Positions 1 to 12,298 of a stretch of DNA of 64,000 nucleotides are shown here, in pieces. The stretch is from the human T2T-CHM13v2.0 reference genome, Homo sapiens. Both the position numbers and the translations under genes were made by a program. The notes under the pieces were generated by a model. It did not search any database. It saw nothing but the letters and a program-made list of their open reading frames with translations, and was not told the DNA's origin. The stretch's first letter is position 1. Every line of letters starts with the position of its first letter. The stretch lies in the NCBI RefSeq assembly GCF_009914755.1, contig NC_060929.1. The stretch is one strand, 5' to 3'.

Positions 1-1814
1 GTTAAAAAAGTGCGACAAGCTTGATTACCAGGAGAAAACTGCACTTCCTTTGCCTCGATTTCCTCTATCTATAACTGGATGATTTCGATGGATGGATTTG
101 TGCCAAAAGGAGGAAAAAAGCAACAGAAAACCTGGTGTTTCCTCTGCCAATAGTTTACTCTTTGCTGTTATGCTTAACAGTTAACATATGTTTGAAAAAT
201 GCACTTGAACTCGATTAACCTCGGTGCTGCCAGACCTGCCTTGATGGAACACAGCACCCAGGGCGCCCCCACAGGCATCTCTACCTTGGAATGAGGTCTG
301 GGGCTTTTGTCTGACCCCAGCAGAGCGTGCAGAGCCAGTGGCTCAGGCAGTAGAAGTCAAGGCCCTGGGAAGGAGAAGGTGCCTGGGGAGGCCCTGAGAA
401 ACCTGTTCTACTCCAAGGCCTGGCTGGCAGCTGGGCAGGACCTCTGACCCACCAATCACTTGCTGTCAAGGACTCTCAATTAAGTTACAAGGAAATGGTT
501 AATATGTATGTTTGTTTTGATAGGGAAAACCACAGCCATTTGTTCTTAATTCATCTCAGGAAGGGGTGAACAATCAGCGATGTCTGCTGAAATGAAATGA
601 TTTGAAGAGTATAATGTAAAGAGGAAACTCATTTAAGGAGCCCTGTCATGGTACGGTTTCCCAGATGGACTCAAAGCGAAAGAGCGAGGAGCAGAACAGT
701 GAGTTTCGTGGGCTGCACTGTGTTGGGGGAGGAGGCGACGTCTGCAATCGGGCTACACATGTTCATCAAGACAGGGGAGCAGCTTCGCCCACTGGGAGCA
801 GAATCAGGGACTTGGTCAGAGGGAGACGTTTTGCTCTACTCCCTTTTGTGCTGTTTGAATTTATCTTCTGCATATTTTCCTTTCAAAATGAAAATAATTA
901 TAACACTGGATAGATGAGAAGCTGCAGGCACTTCTGCTATCGGCTGCCCCAGCTGGCCTTTGGTACCACAGGTCACAAGCCCCCTTACCCTCAGACACTC
1001 TGTCCCAGCCTGCTTAATCCTGCTTCTCCCAAAAAATGGTTCTGAGCATGCGAAGACTTTCTAGGTTCTTTTTTCATGGCTGTTTTTAGAGCAGTGTGAG
1101 TGTGTCATAGAAAGGGAGGCCCCTGAGAGGGCACTATAGCTCCTGAGGTCTTTACCAGCCTGGCCTCTGTGCTGTCTGCCGGTGTGGATTCCCGATGCTG
1201 AGGACTGCTTGTCTAAGGATTTGCCTAAGCTCCAACACCTAGGATTCCACCTCCTCTTCGCTAAGGGGACAATGAAAGGACATTGGCCAAAAAGCTTCCC
1301 ACTCTCCAGCCCTCCTCAGTGCCACTGAGTGACACAAGCTCCCCATACCTGACTGGGCACTGCCCTCTCCGACGCCTGCTGTGGCTCCTCAGGGCAGCTC
1401 TCTGCCCAGTACCTCGCTTGCTCTGCCACTGCTACAGCAGCAGCTCTAACATGCACCAGACCGCCCCTTCCCGGCGGGCCAGCACATGTCACTCCAGGGG
1501 ACTTCGCCCCTCCTGTGCTCACACCCACCTCCTGCCTGTGCGCTCTAGACTTTCCTCATCCCTGTCCAGGGCTGCCTATCCTTCAAGGCCTATCTTGCAG
1601 GACCCCTGTCCTCCCTGCCCATACGAGGCCACAGGAATGTCTCTGGCAATCACCCATGACTGTTGCAGAGTCTGTCCCCTCAGGCTGTGTCTTCATCGAG
1701 CCAGCCTTGGGGACCGGGCATTTACCAGTCTTCCTGAGGTGTACGGTGGCTGCTTCAAGACAAAGGAAATGCCAAGTGGATGAAGTGCTCTGGGGTCCAA
1801 TTCCTCTGACTGCT

Positions 1815-1970
1815 AAGGTTTCTGTGCTGTGTGATTTTGGAGAAGTTACTTAAACTCTGAACCTCAATTTACTCCTAAGAAAGCTAGGTGGTTTGAGGAT
1901 TCGATGAATTACCAAATGTAAAGCATTTAATCAGTGCCTAGCACACAGTAACTGTTCAACATACGGCAGA
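1815..1970 (+). mobile_element. MIR SINE fragment
   Basis: gctgtgtgattttggagaagttacttaaactctgaacctcaattt...tgtaaagcattt...agtgcctagcacacagtaa resembles the MIR core and 3' end. Confidence 0.7.
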
Positions 1971-4169
1971 TGTTTTGGAACTTAACTGTTCCACCTTTAC
2001 CTAGAATTCAGAGCACTTCCCCCGAAGTCCCTAAAACTAGTATTACAAGCCACAGTTAGAATATGAACTAGAGACTGCCAGGGCCTGGGGTGGGAGTGAA
2101 AGGGCAAGAAAAACAATGCTACTCAAGTTAAGTACCCTCATTTTCTGAATGAACAGCAGATATTGACTTTTAGCAGTCAATACTCAGATTTATAGAGGCA
2201 ACATAAATGTGAACCAAAGACTACCTCAGCTACTAGTTACCACAAGGAGCATCAATCAGAATATCGATGGCAAGGGAAACCAACACATTAGCCATTTCCA
2301 GAGGCCTTGGGTTTGTTTCCACATGGCTCCCACAGCTCTGCAGGGAACGCGCCTTCTATAAAATCCCAGAGTGTCCCCTGTAGGCAGATGGGGTGATGTC
2401 AACCCCGTGAGAGGGTATCTCAGCACCAGGCGCTACTATCGGCCTTTAAAGAGCCCAGCACTGGGTGCCAGGGAACCCACATGTTCTAGCCACTAAATGG
2501 AAGATGCACTTGCCTAAAAAGGAAGCAGGTGGGGTGGGAAGAGGAGGAAGAAAGGGAGGGATCCAGGGTCAGAGAGTTAGGCTGAGTGGAGCAGCCTGGC
2601 AAACCCAAAGAGGTTTTATGTCATCTTCTTGGCAACCAGAACTGGAAGAGGGTGGTGGGAAGAGACGGAGGCTGACAATGATTAATACCCTTTGGGTTTG
2701 TCTTCTTGCTAGAGTTTATTTATAGCTCTGAGGAGTGGCTCTTTGCTTTCAGATTTTACTCTGGGTTGACTTGACTAGACATAGAAGCCTTCAGGCAGGA
2801 GAAAGCAAGCAGAAACACTGTAAATATGTTCTATCGGTTGCTGGTATTTTAACAGGAAGACAGTGGGAGAAAAGACATTTGTGGAATTCTTACCTTCTTC
2901 CTTCTCCTTTCAGTGACAAAGTGTTAATAGCTCTTTTAGAAGCCCGTCCTGATGGTCATCCACGGAGGACACCTGGGATGCTGGGTCCCACTCCTGGGAC
3001 ACTGCTATCTCTAATCAGCTGGGCAGCTCCTGACTTCCTCTGCTTTTCAAGGTATTGCCGAGACCTCCTCTGTGGCTTTTTTTTGGCAGACATGAGGATC
3101 AGCCCTTGCTACATTTCTAACGCCCTACTGTTTGCCAGCAACAGCTGCCCTGCTGCATACCTCCCCTCACACAGGTGTGGCCCACTCTGCCCCCGTGTTA
3201 ATCCTAATCATGTTTCATTTAAAAATCCAGGGGTCTAGTTTAATTTTCATCCTCATCAATTTCCTGGTAGTATCTGACATTACCAATACTCCCTCCCCCT
3301 GAAACTCATCATTCCTCTAACTGGTCTTCTTAGCCTTCAATAAAAAACTATTTACCATGTAGCTGCGGAATATCTGGCCTTGTGCTGGGAGCTGTATACA
3401 AAGGTGAGGGAGGGGTGGGGAAGGCCTGGGATCACTAATGTGGCTCTGATGTGAGGCACGTCATAGGTACCCTACAAATCTGTGGAAATCAACCGTGATT
3501 CTTTTGACCCCAGCACCCCGCTTGGGACTTTGCACCTAACTCTTTCATTAATCAATCATTCCAAACGAATTACTAAACAAGTGAACCAAGCACTGCAGTG
3601 GTCAGTGGTGATTAAGGATGGCAGTGAAGGAAGGTTCTCCAACGCCCAGGCCTAGTTTCATGTTTTAGAACACACACTTGGGTTCCGTAGCAGGCAGCAT
3701 GAACTATAAAGCTATCATCCCAGGGAGCGCAGCCTCAGGCTGGGCCCAGGATCCAGGCAGGCCTCAACTCACAGTCCCATGTCAGCCTCGAGGTTAGCTG
3801 AGGGGTCTAGGGGTGTTGAGGGATTAAGGGCAGATCAAAGATCCTCATATTCTCCCAAGATCTTGGCCCAAATATAAATAAGACAGCCTCTGCATACTAC
3901 ATGTGCCCATTATCCTTTTGATTTCCTGTATTTTTGCATTTTATTTTCTAGATTTATTTTTAAATAAAAAGGGAAAAGATTAAAGAGATATATAACATAT
4001 ATAAGAACTAGTAACATGGATTATCTCCTGGGAAGAGAACTGAAAATGCAAAAGAGCCCAAAGGGCAATGCATGTCTCACTGTATATCCTTTGACAGCAT
4101 GTGGATTTTACCATTGGTGTTATTACTTATTAGAGAAAAGAAGTTCAACAAAAGTAAAAAGACAAAGAC

Positions 4170-5230
4170 CTACTGGATATGGGAAATAAGTATACAACAA
4201 GACAAACAGATAAAGCAGAAAATAAAAGTCCAGAAATAGCACTAATTGTATCTAGAAATTTCATGTCTGATAAAGGTGGCATCTCAGATCACCAGGAAAA
4301 AGATGAAATATTCAATTGTGTTTGGATAACTGGATAACCATGTGAAATAAAATTAACTTGATCTCTATCTCCCACCATATCACATGGTAAATTCCAAATA
4401 GGTCAAAGTATAAATGTGAAAAAATATAAAAATATTGAGCAAAAGCATGAAGAGAAGTCTTTATAGTTTTGGAAGGAGGTAGGCTTTCCTAACAATGATT
4501 CAAAATTCAGCAGAAATAGATGCAAAGACTCCATATATTAGAATTATTTAAATAATGAATATAAAATAATCATGTGAAATATATTTAAATAAAACTTAAA
4601 ATGAAGAGAAAAAAAGATGATAAAGAATGGCCAAGCATTAGCCAGGCACAGTGGCATGCACCTATAGTCTCAGCTACTCAGGAGGCTGAGGTGGGAGGCT
4701 CACTTGAGCCCAGAAGACAGAGGCTGCAGTGAGCCATGATCATGCCAGTGCACTCCAGCCTGGACAACAGAGTGAGATCCTATTTCAAAAAAAAGGCCAA
4801 GCAGATTCAAAAAAGAATGAAATAGGACTTCTATAAATGAAAATATGACTGAAATTTAAAATTCAGTGACTGAATCTGTTTAATACAGCAGATTAGATAC
4901 AGCTGGAGAAAGAGTAAACACGAAGATAGTTCTAGAAGACAGATGAAAAGTAAATATCCAGAAAGTAGTCCAGAAAGACATGAATTAACAACATGACTGA
5001 GATTAACAGATACAGAAGACAGAGTAAAATACTAACGTATGCTTAATCTGTGTTCCATAAGAAGTGACTAGTATAAACTGTTTGAAGAAATGATGGCTGA
5101 AAACTTTATAGATGTGACAGACATGTTCAAAAACCGAAGTGGAGGACACTTATCACCAAAAGACCCTCAATAAATAAAATTCTAGAGGATATACTTCAAT
5201 AAGAAGTAAATAGATCCCAAATGGAAGGTC
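4170..5230 (+). mobile_element. Ancient L1 (L1M-type) fragments interrupted by an Alu monomer
   Basis: A-rich degenerate L1-like text (tgataaaggtggcat...ggataactggataaccat; agcagattagatacagctggagaaagag). Boundaries approximate. Confidence 0.6.
4638..4794 (+). mobile_element. Alu right-arm monomer (FRAM or truncated AluJ)
   Basis: agccaggcacagtggcatgcacctatagtctcagctactcaggaggctgagg...A tail. Flanking repeat GGCCAAGCA at 4629-4637 and 4795-4803. Confidence 0.88.
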
Positions 5231-5284
5231 TAGATGAAAAGAAGGCACACTTAGTTTTGGTCACACCTTTTTCCTTGCCTGATT

Positions 5285-5444
5285 CCAGAAACAGGTTTTG
5301 TGGTGCTGTGTGCTTGTCTGTTGGCCCAAGCAAAAGAAGAACCCTTCATATGGAACTTGTCTACCAGAAACAGGTTTTGTGGTGTTGTGTGCTTGTCCGT
5401 TGGCCCAAGCAAAAGCAGAACCCTCCACGTGGAACTTGTCTACC
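5285..5444. repeat. 79-bp tandem duplication (2 copies, 6 mismatches)
   Basis: Units 5285-5363 and 5364-5442 both begin ccagaaacaggttttgtggtg and end ggaacttgtcta. Confidence 0.95.
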
Positions 5445-5574
5445 TATCTGCAGACCCTGATGGTAAAAATAACAGTTGCATTTTGCCCTTCAAAGTGATA
5501 TCATGAGACAGCAGTGACACTCCTTTGACTTTTGAAGATTTCCAGGCACCATGGCTTATCTTCAAGATAGCAAT

Positions 5575-5908
5575 GAGATTTTCAACAAATGGTGCTAGAA
5601 CAACTAGACATCCACATGCAAAAAAGCCAAGTCTAGACACAGGCTTTACAAGCTTTACAAAAATTAACTCAAAATGGATCATAGACCTAAATGTAGAATG
5701 CAAACCCATAAAAATCCTAGATAACATAGGAGAAAATCTAGATGACTTCAGGTTTGGCAGTAACTTCCTGGACACAACACCAAGGGTACAATCTATACCA
5801 TAAATAATTACTAAGCTGGTCTTTATGAAAATCAAGCATTTCTACTCTGTAAAGGACATTGTTAGGGGAATGAGAAGACAAGCCACAGATTGGAAGAAAA
5901 TATTTGCA
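5575..5908 (+). mobile_element. L1 ORF2 3' region fragment (L1M-type)
   Basis: ttttcaacaaatggtgc...aaaattaactcaaaatggatcatagacctaaatgta. Translation FTKINSKWIIDLNV is an L1 ORF2p motif. Confidence 0.85.
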
Positions 5909-6871
5909 TCAAGAAGCAATGAGGTCTTTCCCCTCTCAGATCCAAGTATTATAGTCTGACCGCTGGCCTTGGGAGAGCAGAGGAAAATGGGCCCATTGCT
6001 TCACAAAGTAGGCCCAGATCATGTTTACGCTCTCCTGAACAATTTCATGGACTCTTTAGGAGGACCATGAAGAACCAGATAAAAACTGTTTTTGAGCTCT
6101 ACAGCTGGATTCACATGCCCTGGGAGAAGCATGTTATCAAGCTATGCTGCACCTTCACGTCTTGGGTAAGATAGAGAAGTACTGGTGGAATTCCACCTCC
6201 TGGTGGCTTCCAGGCTCTAGTCTCAAACCCTGAGGCCTGACCCACTTGGGTCTGTTAACTTGCTGGCCATATAATACCACATCATCAGGGAAATGTCAAA
6301 GGCACATAGTGTTGAACTGATTCTTTTTCAAATGCTCAGTGAATGTTTATCCACCATGGAATCATCTATTCCCCAGGGAGACTGAAGGAAGCTTGGTAAC
6401 TTAGATTATGTGGGGAGCACCTCCTAAAGTACTTCACAATTTGCTTTGTAAGAGTATGCACTGTGATGTTTCTGTGACTGGCCGTCAATGAAGGTCATCA
6501 ATAGCGTATGTTAATAACAACAAATAATTAGACTAAGGTCTGTCTTTTACACATACACAAAAGGCATTAAGTGTCAGCTGCTAAATCTGGGTAGTGGGAT
6601 TATGAATGAGTTTTAGTTTCTCAATTTTCAAACAAATTACTCACATAACCAGAAAAGGGAACATGCACTTAAATATAGTCTGCACACTGTGAGTACCCAC
6701 TGGAGTTTCAACTTCAGTGTTTTTTCTCTAGCTGTAAGCCCCTGGCTCCTTTCCCGTGTGATTAAGATAAAATTCTTAATTTTAATTTAAGAATTCAGAT
6801 AAAATTCTTTAAGAATTCTTTAAGAATTAAGATAAAATTCTTAATTGTCCCTTTCCTGTGTGATGTGGTGT

Positions 6872-6872
<1 letters not shown>

Positions 6873-6918
<46 letters not shown>
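6873..6918. repeat. (GT)23 microsatellite
   Basis: Uninterrupted GT run seen directly. Confidence 0.97.
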
Positions 6919-6921
<3 letters not shown>

Positions 6922-7869
6922 AATTTTAGGAAAACAGGGTGAGGGAAGGGCTTTGCAGAACACAGCAAATGCTGTGGCATAAGCCCCAGTGCAGCATGAG
7001 TGCCCAAGAAGGTACTAGCAAGCATTAGCTGGGTTCTGGCCTGAAGCGTCAGTTAGTCTAAGGGAGGTGCACTCATGCAAACAAGCAAGGATGTGGGAGC
7101 TCCTAGAGCCTTGGAGCATCAAAGAGCCAAGCCTGACTGTCCTCTTCTTCCTGCTCTATTTTTAGCTGTCTGAGTCCAGGACACATTTGAGTGTCCCGGA
7201 TAGGAAGGTGGTAAAGAGATTTGGGACTTATTTTCAAGGTAAGTGACAGAACCAACTGCAGGCTCTGCCTACCTCAATCTTCCAAGCTTGTAGGATTCCA
7301 TCCCACATCAGAAATGCCAAGTGAGGTGGATGCTGGCTGAAATGAGTATCAGTGTAACAGGATGTGCTGCTGACAGGAACAGGCTCTCTCTACCCACTTC
7401 TAGGAGATGGAGGCAGGGATGGGTTGTGGCCCTATGACTACCACCAAAGGGATATGCAACATCTGACCTGAGTTAGAGACTGGAAGTCAAACAAGCTGAA
7501 ACTTGGGATGAGGACAATCACTTTGTTAGCCAAAACCAGATGGCAAACAAGATGTATTTCTAACAACCGTCCCTTTTCCTTGGGGTTTTATTTCAGGATA
7601 TAGTCAAGCCCAATGGCTGGGCCTCATCCAGTCTGTAAAGTGGATAAAGATCACTCATGGGACCCTGCTTCTTCCCCAGGTCAGGAGCTGGCTCCATAAA
7701 CTGCACAAGGATTGGCCAAGTACCAACAGGCAGCTTCAAATTGGGACATCTGCTATCAGAGGATGCTGGGTGCCTTTTGGAGGAGTGTGAAGGCTCTGGT
7801 CATTGACAAGAGACAGGAAAAAGAACAAGATTACTGGAGACTCCCTTCCTCTCTCATACTTTAACCCTA

Positions 7870-8087
7870 ATGTTAATAGTTAACATCTGGGCACTTACAA
7901 TGTCCAGGCATGGAATAAGGACTTCACATGCATGCTCTCACATCAGCCTCATAAGAACCTGATGAGACAGTTACTGTGATCCTCATTTCACGGAGTATAA
8001 AACTATAGCATGGAGATGTGAGTGACTTGCCTAAGCCACAAGTAAGAAGTGGCAACTCTGGCACCAATGCCCATACTCTAAACCACC
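7870..8087 (-). mobile_element. MIR SINE
   Basis: gcacttacaatgtccaggca...atcctcatttcacggag...gtgacttgcctaagccaca is the reverse of the MIR consensus. Confidence 0.7.
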
Positions 8088-9034
8088 CAGCTCTAGAACA
8101 CAGTGGACCCCAAGTGGTCCCCAGAGCTGGTCACCAAGGAGATGCCAGTTCCCTGCTTCAGAAGCACCTAGTCCTAGGTTGGCACTGCAGCTCAGCAGTC
8201 CTCTTAGCAATCCCTGGGCATCCAGACCCCTCCCATCTCTCCCACAGGGGCCTTTGGAAGGCAGAGGGCCTGGCCCAGCTACTTCAAATGGGCCTCCATG
8301 TGGCACATCCCATCACCATGCCTGCAATTGTCATGCCAGGTGTTGGGCTTGACTACATGCCACCTCTAAGAGTCTGGGCCATGCAGAGAAGAAAACAATC
8401 CCTTCTTAGGAACTTCAGTGACACCTAAACAAGCAGGGCAGCTCTGGTAACTGGTTAACAAGCATTCTCCAGAAAGCATTTCCTGACACCCACTTGCAGT
8501 CCTGTCTCCCCCCTTGCAGCACAGGTGGTCCTGCATCACCACAGCTTTTCTCTTGCCTATACCTGTTTCTGGACAGGAAGCCCTTTGGGGGTGGGGATGG
8601 GTTGGTGTGTAGCTGTGCAAGGGACATCACAGCTCTCAGCAAGGAGAGCTTGAGTGGGTGGGACTTCCCTCAGATGTCTGCCTAGTGTTGGAGCACAATG
8701 TCGGGGTCACATCCTTGACCAGACCCTAAGCTGCTTGAAGGCTGGTACTCCAGTTTCTCCCTCTCTCTGTAGCTTCCCCATGTTCTGGGAAGGGGCTGGC
8801 CTGGCACCCAGCAGGCGCATCAAGACAGATAAGTGGTTGGCAGATCCCCTTTCCCAGTTCTTGTGGGGCTGGCTGGCACCTCTCCAGGGCTCAGCTGATT
8901 TCTCCTCCTCAGAGAAGCCTTCCCTGGCCAGCTCATCTCCAAGCCCCCAAGCAGCCTGGGCCCTCGTTTGGCCTGCTTTTACTCCTTGCAACACTTTCAG
9001 TCTCTAAACTATCTAGGTTGGCTGGCTGTCTTTT

Positions 9035-9145
9035 CCAGACAAGAGTGTGAGCTCCATGAAGCAGAGGCCACTCTGCCCTGATCACTCCTGCACTCTCACA
9101 CAGAGCCTAGCACGGTGCCTGGCAGACAGCATGTGGAGTGAATGA
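9035..9145 (+). mobile_element. L2 3' end
   Basis: agtgtgagctccatgaagcag...cctagcacggtgcctggca...gtgaatga. Confidence 0.6.
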
Positions 9146-10989
9146 GAAAAGGCCTTTAGGGAAACAAAAGTGAAGAGGAGAGCAGAAAGAGGGCCTGGAC
9201 ACACTTCCTTCTCACTCAAGGGCCAAAAAACAAAGTTCTAAGTGGGTCACCCAGAATGTCTAAGTTAGACCCAGAATGTCTAACATCCACGTGCTCCCAC
9301 ATCCCTGCCCAATCGGCTAAGGGCTGGTCACCTTCTGAGGACAGTCAGTGTGGGTGTGTGGCACTGTTCTGAGGGGTGGAACAGAGCAGCATTCTCACTA
9401 GACATGGCCCCAGAGTCTGGCTCCTCTCCCATCACAAAACAGGACATAAGTAACCACAGCAGTGACTGGGCATGCATTAACTGCTCAGAACATCCTCCTA
9501 AGGTCAATTGGGCCTGGTTCCATGTTAGGGGCAGGCATGGTCATGCCAATGACTCAGTGCCGCATGCAGGCAGAGGAAATGCTTCAGATTCAGCCAACTA
9601 TAGCCCTGCTGTAAGGTCTTCATAAAATTTAAAAATACATATTATTATTTAATATACAAGAGCTGATGTGGCTGATGCCAGAGTAAGGATCTGCTCTGAG
9701 CTACTTTTCCAGTGATAGTGATGGGCTCTCCTGGCCAGTCCTATGCCCTGCTGTGACCTCTCCTACACACCCACAATAGCTGGGGATAGGGATGATGGAT
9801 GTGTGAGCCACTGAGTCAACGTCTCTAGCCCCCATGGGAATGGACTGCTGATATCCACCTCAGGAGCACTGGGCTCAGATTCAGAACCAGCTATGCCCAG
9901 ACCAGGAAAACACAGATTTCTATGCAGCACCGGTAGTAGTTGCCTGAGATATGACAAAGCAATGGTATTCCCCATTCATGCCCTTCAAAAAAGAAGAGAA
10001 AGCTAGATGGAAGAAATGACACTGAGGTTGTACTTGACCTAATGATGGTGTCTGTGAACACCCCAGGAATGGGCATCATGGCATTCGCGAGCCAGGGGCT
10101 GCCTGGGTTTGTGTAGCACATTAGCTTTCCCATTATGTGCACAGCACCTTTGGCCTTCACAGCAGCCTGGAGTTGGAGTAGGGACAGTTGACTCCATTTG
10201 AGTTGTAAGGAAATTGGGGTCCAGGGAAGTTAGGTGGCTTCCTCTAGGTCACAGAGCACGTACACTAACTAGGCAAGAACTAAAATGTCTTCTGTTTCCT
10301 ATCTAGCAACTTCTCCCAGTCTCCCTGGATGACTGCCAATGCTATACATAGCTTTCCTGGGTGTGTCACCTAAGTTCTGGGCTTGTTTCCTCATCTACAC
10401 AGAAGAATCATGCTTAGTTCACATTACCAGGCCTGCCACCTATAAGAGTCTTTGCTAAGCAGAAAGTCAGAAGTCCCAAAATATGTACAAATACTTAAAT
10501 CTAACACTATTACTTTTCATGCCCAGATGCTTTCAACAGAACACAAAAACTTTACCTTCCTGATGACTGTGTTTGCTATGGGGAAACCCTCGGCCTTGCC
10601 TTACTGAGAGAGCAGGGAGTGCAGGAAGCAACCCAGCCCTTCCGCTGCCTGGTTGTATCGCTTTGGGAGAGGTACCCTGTCTTACTGAGTCGTCCTTTCT
10701 GGCTGTAGCACAGGTGGCTGCAAGAATCAGAGTACTCTTTCCTGATCAGACCCACCTGATCATGTCTCAGGCAATACACAGTGAAAGCATTACGACAGGA
10801 CAGCAGGATTTGGGTCCCTTCTCAACCCCTTGCAGGCTGTATATAACCCCAGACAAGTCCTTTATGCTTTGAGGCCTGGCTTTCTCATCACTAAAAATGG
10901 GGTTAGTCTCCCTCCCTTCCCAGCTGGCCTTGCACAATTGCTGTGAAACCACAAATAAGATTGTATCTGTGAACAGGACCAAGGACCCC

Positions 10990-12012
10990 TTGGAGAGAAG
11001 GCTGAGTCCCAGACTGGGGCAAGGGAAGTCCAGGGTAAGGCTGGAATACCTTATTGTGTTAGAAGGCAAGGAAATGTACAGAAACTGATGGAGACATGGC
11101 AAAAGGATATCAGAACCAGCTTGAAGATCAAATTTGAGGTGATGTGACCATTAAAGCGAGTAATGAAATGAATATAACTTACTAAATTTTAAAAAATCTG
11201 TAAACCAACATTGATACTTCAAAAAAAAAAAAAAAAACAGAGGAAGGGCACAGGGAAAGGTTTTATTACAAAAGAATGCCAACTAAGAGATGCAGAAATA
11301 AATTTTTTAAATCACTATTTTATAACCACCAAGAAATGAAAAAACCCACTATTTTATAACCACCACTGTAATATCAAATTCAGGTAAGATCATCAAGGGT
11401 TGCTGAAGCCACTGGGTGAAATACCGTGGTACAGGATGTGCAAAAATCCAACAGATACCACCTTAACTGAATGAGCAAGCAGAACATCTCCAGTGACGGG
11501 ACAAACCACGTCAGGTGCCTCCCGACGTGATGCACAGAGAAGGATGCAGCATCTCTGATGCCATTCTCCTAAGAAAATGCTCATCCTGAATCTAATCCTG
11601 AAACCAACCCAGATTGGAGGACATTCTGCCAAACAACTAGCCTGGACTCTTCAAAAGTATCAATGTCATGGAAGATTTTTTAAAAGCTGGCAAACTGTTC
11701 AAAATTAAATAAGACTAACAAACTGGCAGTCAAATGCAATATATGATCCTGAAATGGATCCTGGATTAGGAAAGAAAACCAAACAAAATTATAAAGTACA
11801 TTATTGGGACAGCTGAGGAAATTTCAAAATGGACTATGTAACAGCCAAAAATAAATACAGAAATATCTACACATATGCCTGCATGCACACACACAATGAG
11901 GGGAGATAAGGCAGATGAGGCAAGATGTTAACAACTAGAGAATCTAGGTGAAAATGTTCCTTGTACTCTTCTTGTAACTTTTCTGTAGGTTTGAGCTGTT
12001 TCAAAATAAAAG
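10990..12012 (+). mobile_element. Old L1 3'UTR (L1MC/L1ME-type), antisense to the gene, ending about 80 bp from the exon 2 donor
   Basis: ggacattctgccaaacaactagcctggactcttcaaaagtatcaatgtcatg...aaatgcaatatatgatcctg...gtaacttttctgtaggtttga...caaaataaaa. Confidence 0.75.
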
Positions 12013-12093
12013 AAACAAAAGTGGTCTTTGGAGAACTATGAGAACTTCTGCATCTTAAGCCAGTGGTGTCTGGGTTGACTGAGGTACACTCAC

Positions 12094-12265
12094 CTGTCAG
12101 GTATTCCAGGACGGCGGCCATGTACACGGGTGCCCCCACTCCAATCCTGTACTTGGGGTGGCCTTTCTTGATGTACCGCAGCATCCGCCCCACGGGAAAG
12201 ATGACTCCTGCTTTGGCAGACCTGGACGTCTTGGTGGACTTCTTCTTCCCACCGCGGCTCGACAT
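12094..12265 (-). CDS. MACROH2A1: First coding exon of core histone macroH2A1 (codons 1-57 plus 1 nt; N-terminal H2A-like domain); remaining exons lie left of the window
   Basis: Translation [57 protein letters not shown] matches the macroH2A1 N-terminus. Kozak-like ACCGCCATG. Canonical donor CAG|GTGAGT (GT at 12093-12092) falls exactly where H2A similarity stops. Confidence 0.97.
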
Positions 12266-12298
12266 GGCGGTGGCCCTGGAGGCGGATCAGTGAGCACA
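12266..12298 (-). other. MACROH2A1: 5'UTR part of exon 2 and its splice acceptor
   Basis: Minus strand reads cctctcgccttcacAG|tgtgctcactgatccgcctccagggccaccgccATG: pyrimidine tract plus AG at 12300-12299. A second AG lies at 12277-12276. Confidence 0.75.

Noticed and set aside
1283-3238. 166-aa and 167-aa plus-strand ORFs in intron 2
   Set aside because: Non-ATG starts, no domain similarity and no splice or promoter support. Chance ORFs.
11867-12093. C-terminal 75 aa of the 132-aa ORF as part of the normal protein
   Set aside because: Lies beyond the GTGAGT donor in intron/L1 sequence. Considered only as a speculative intronic-polyA isoform.
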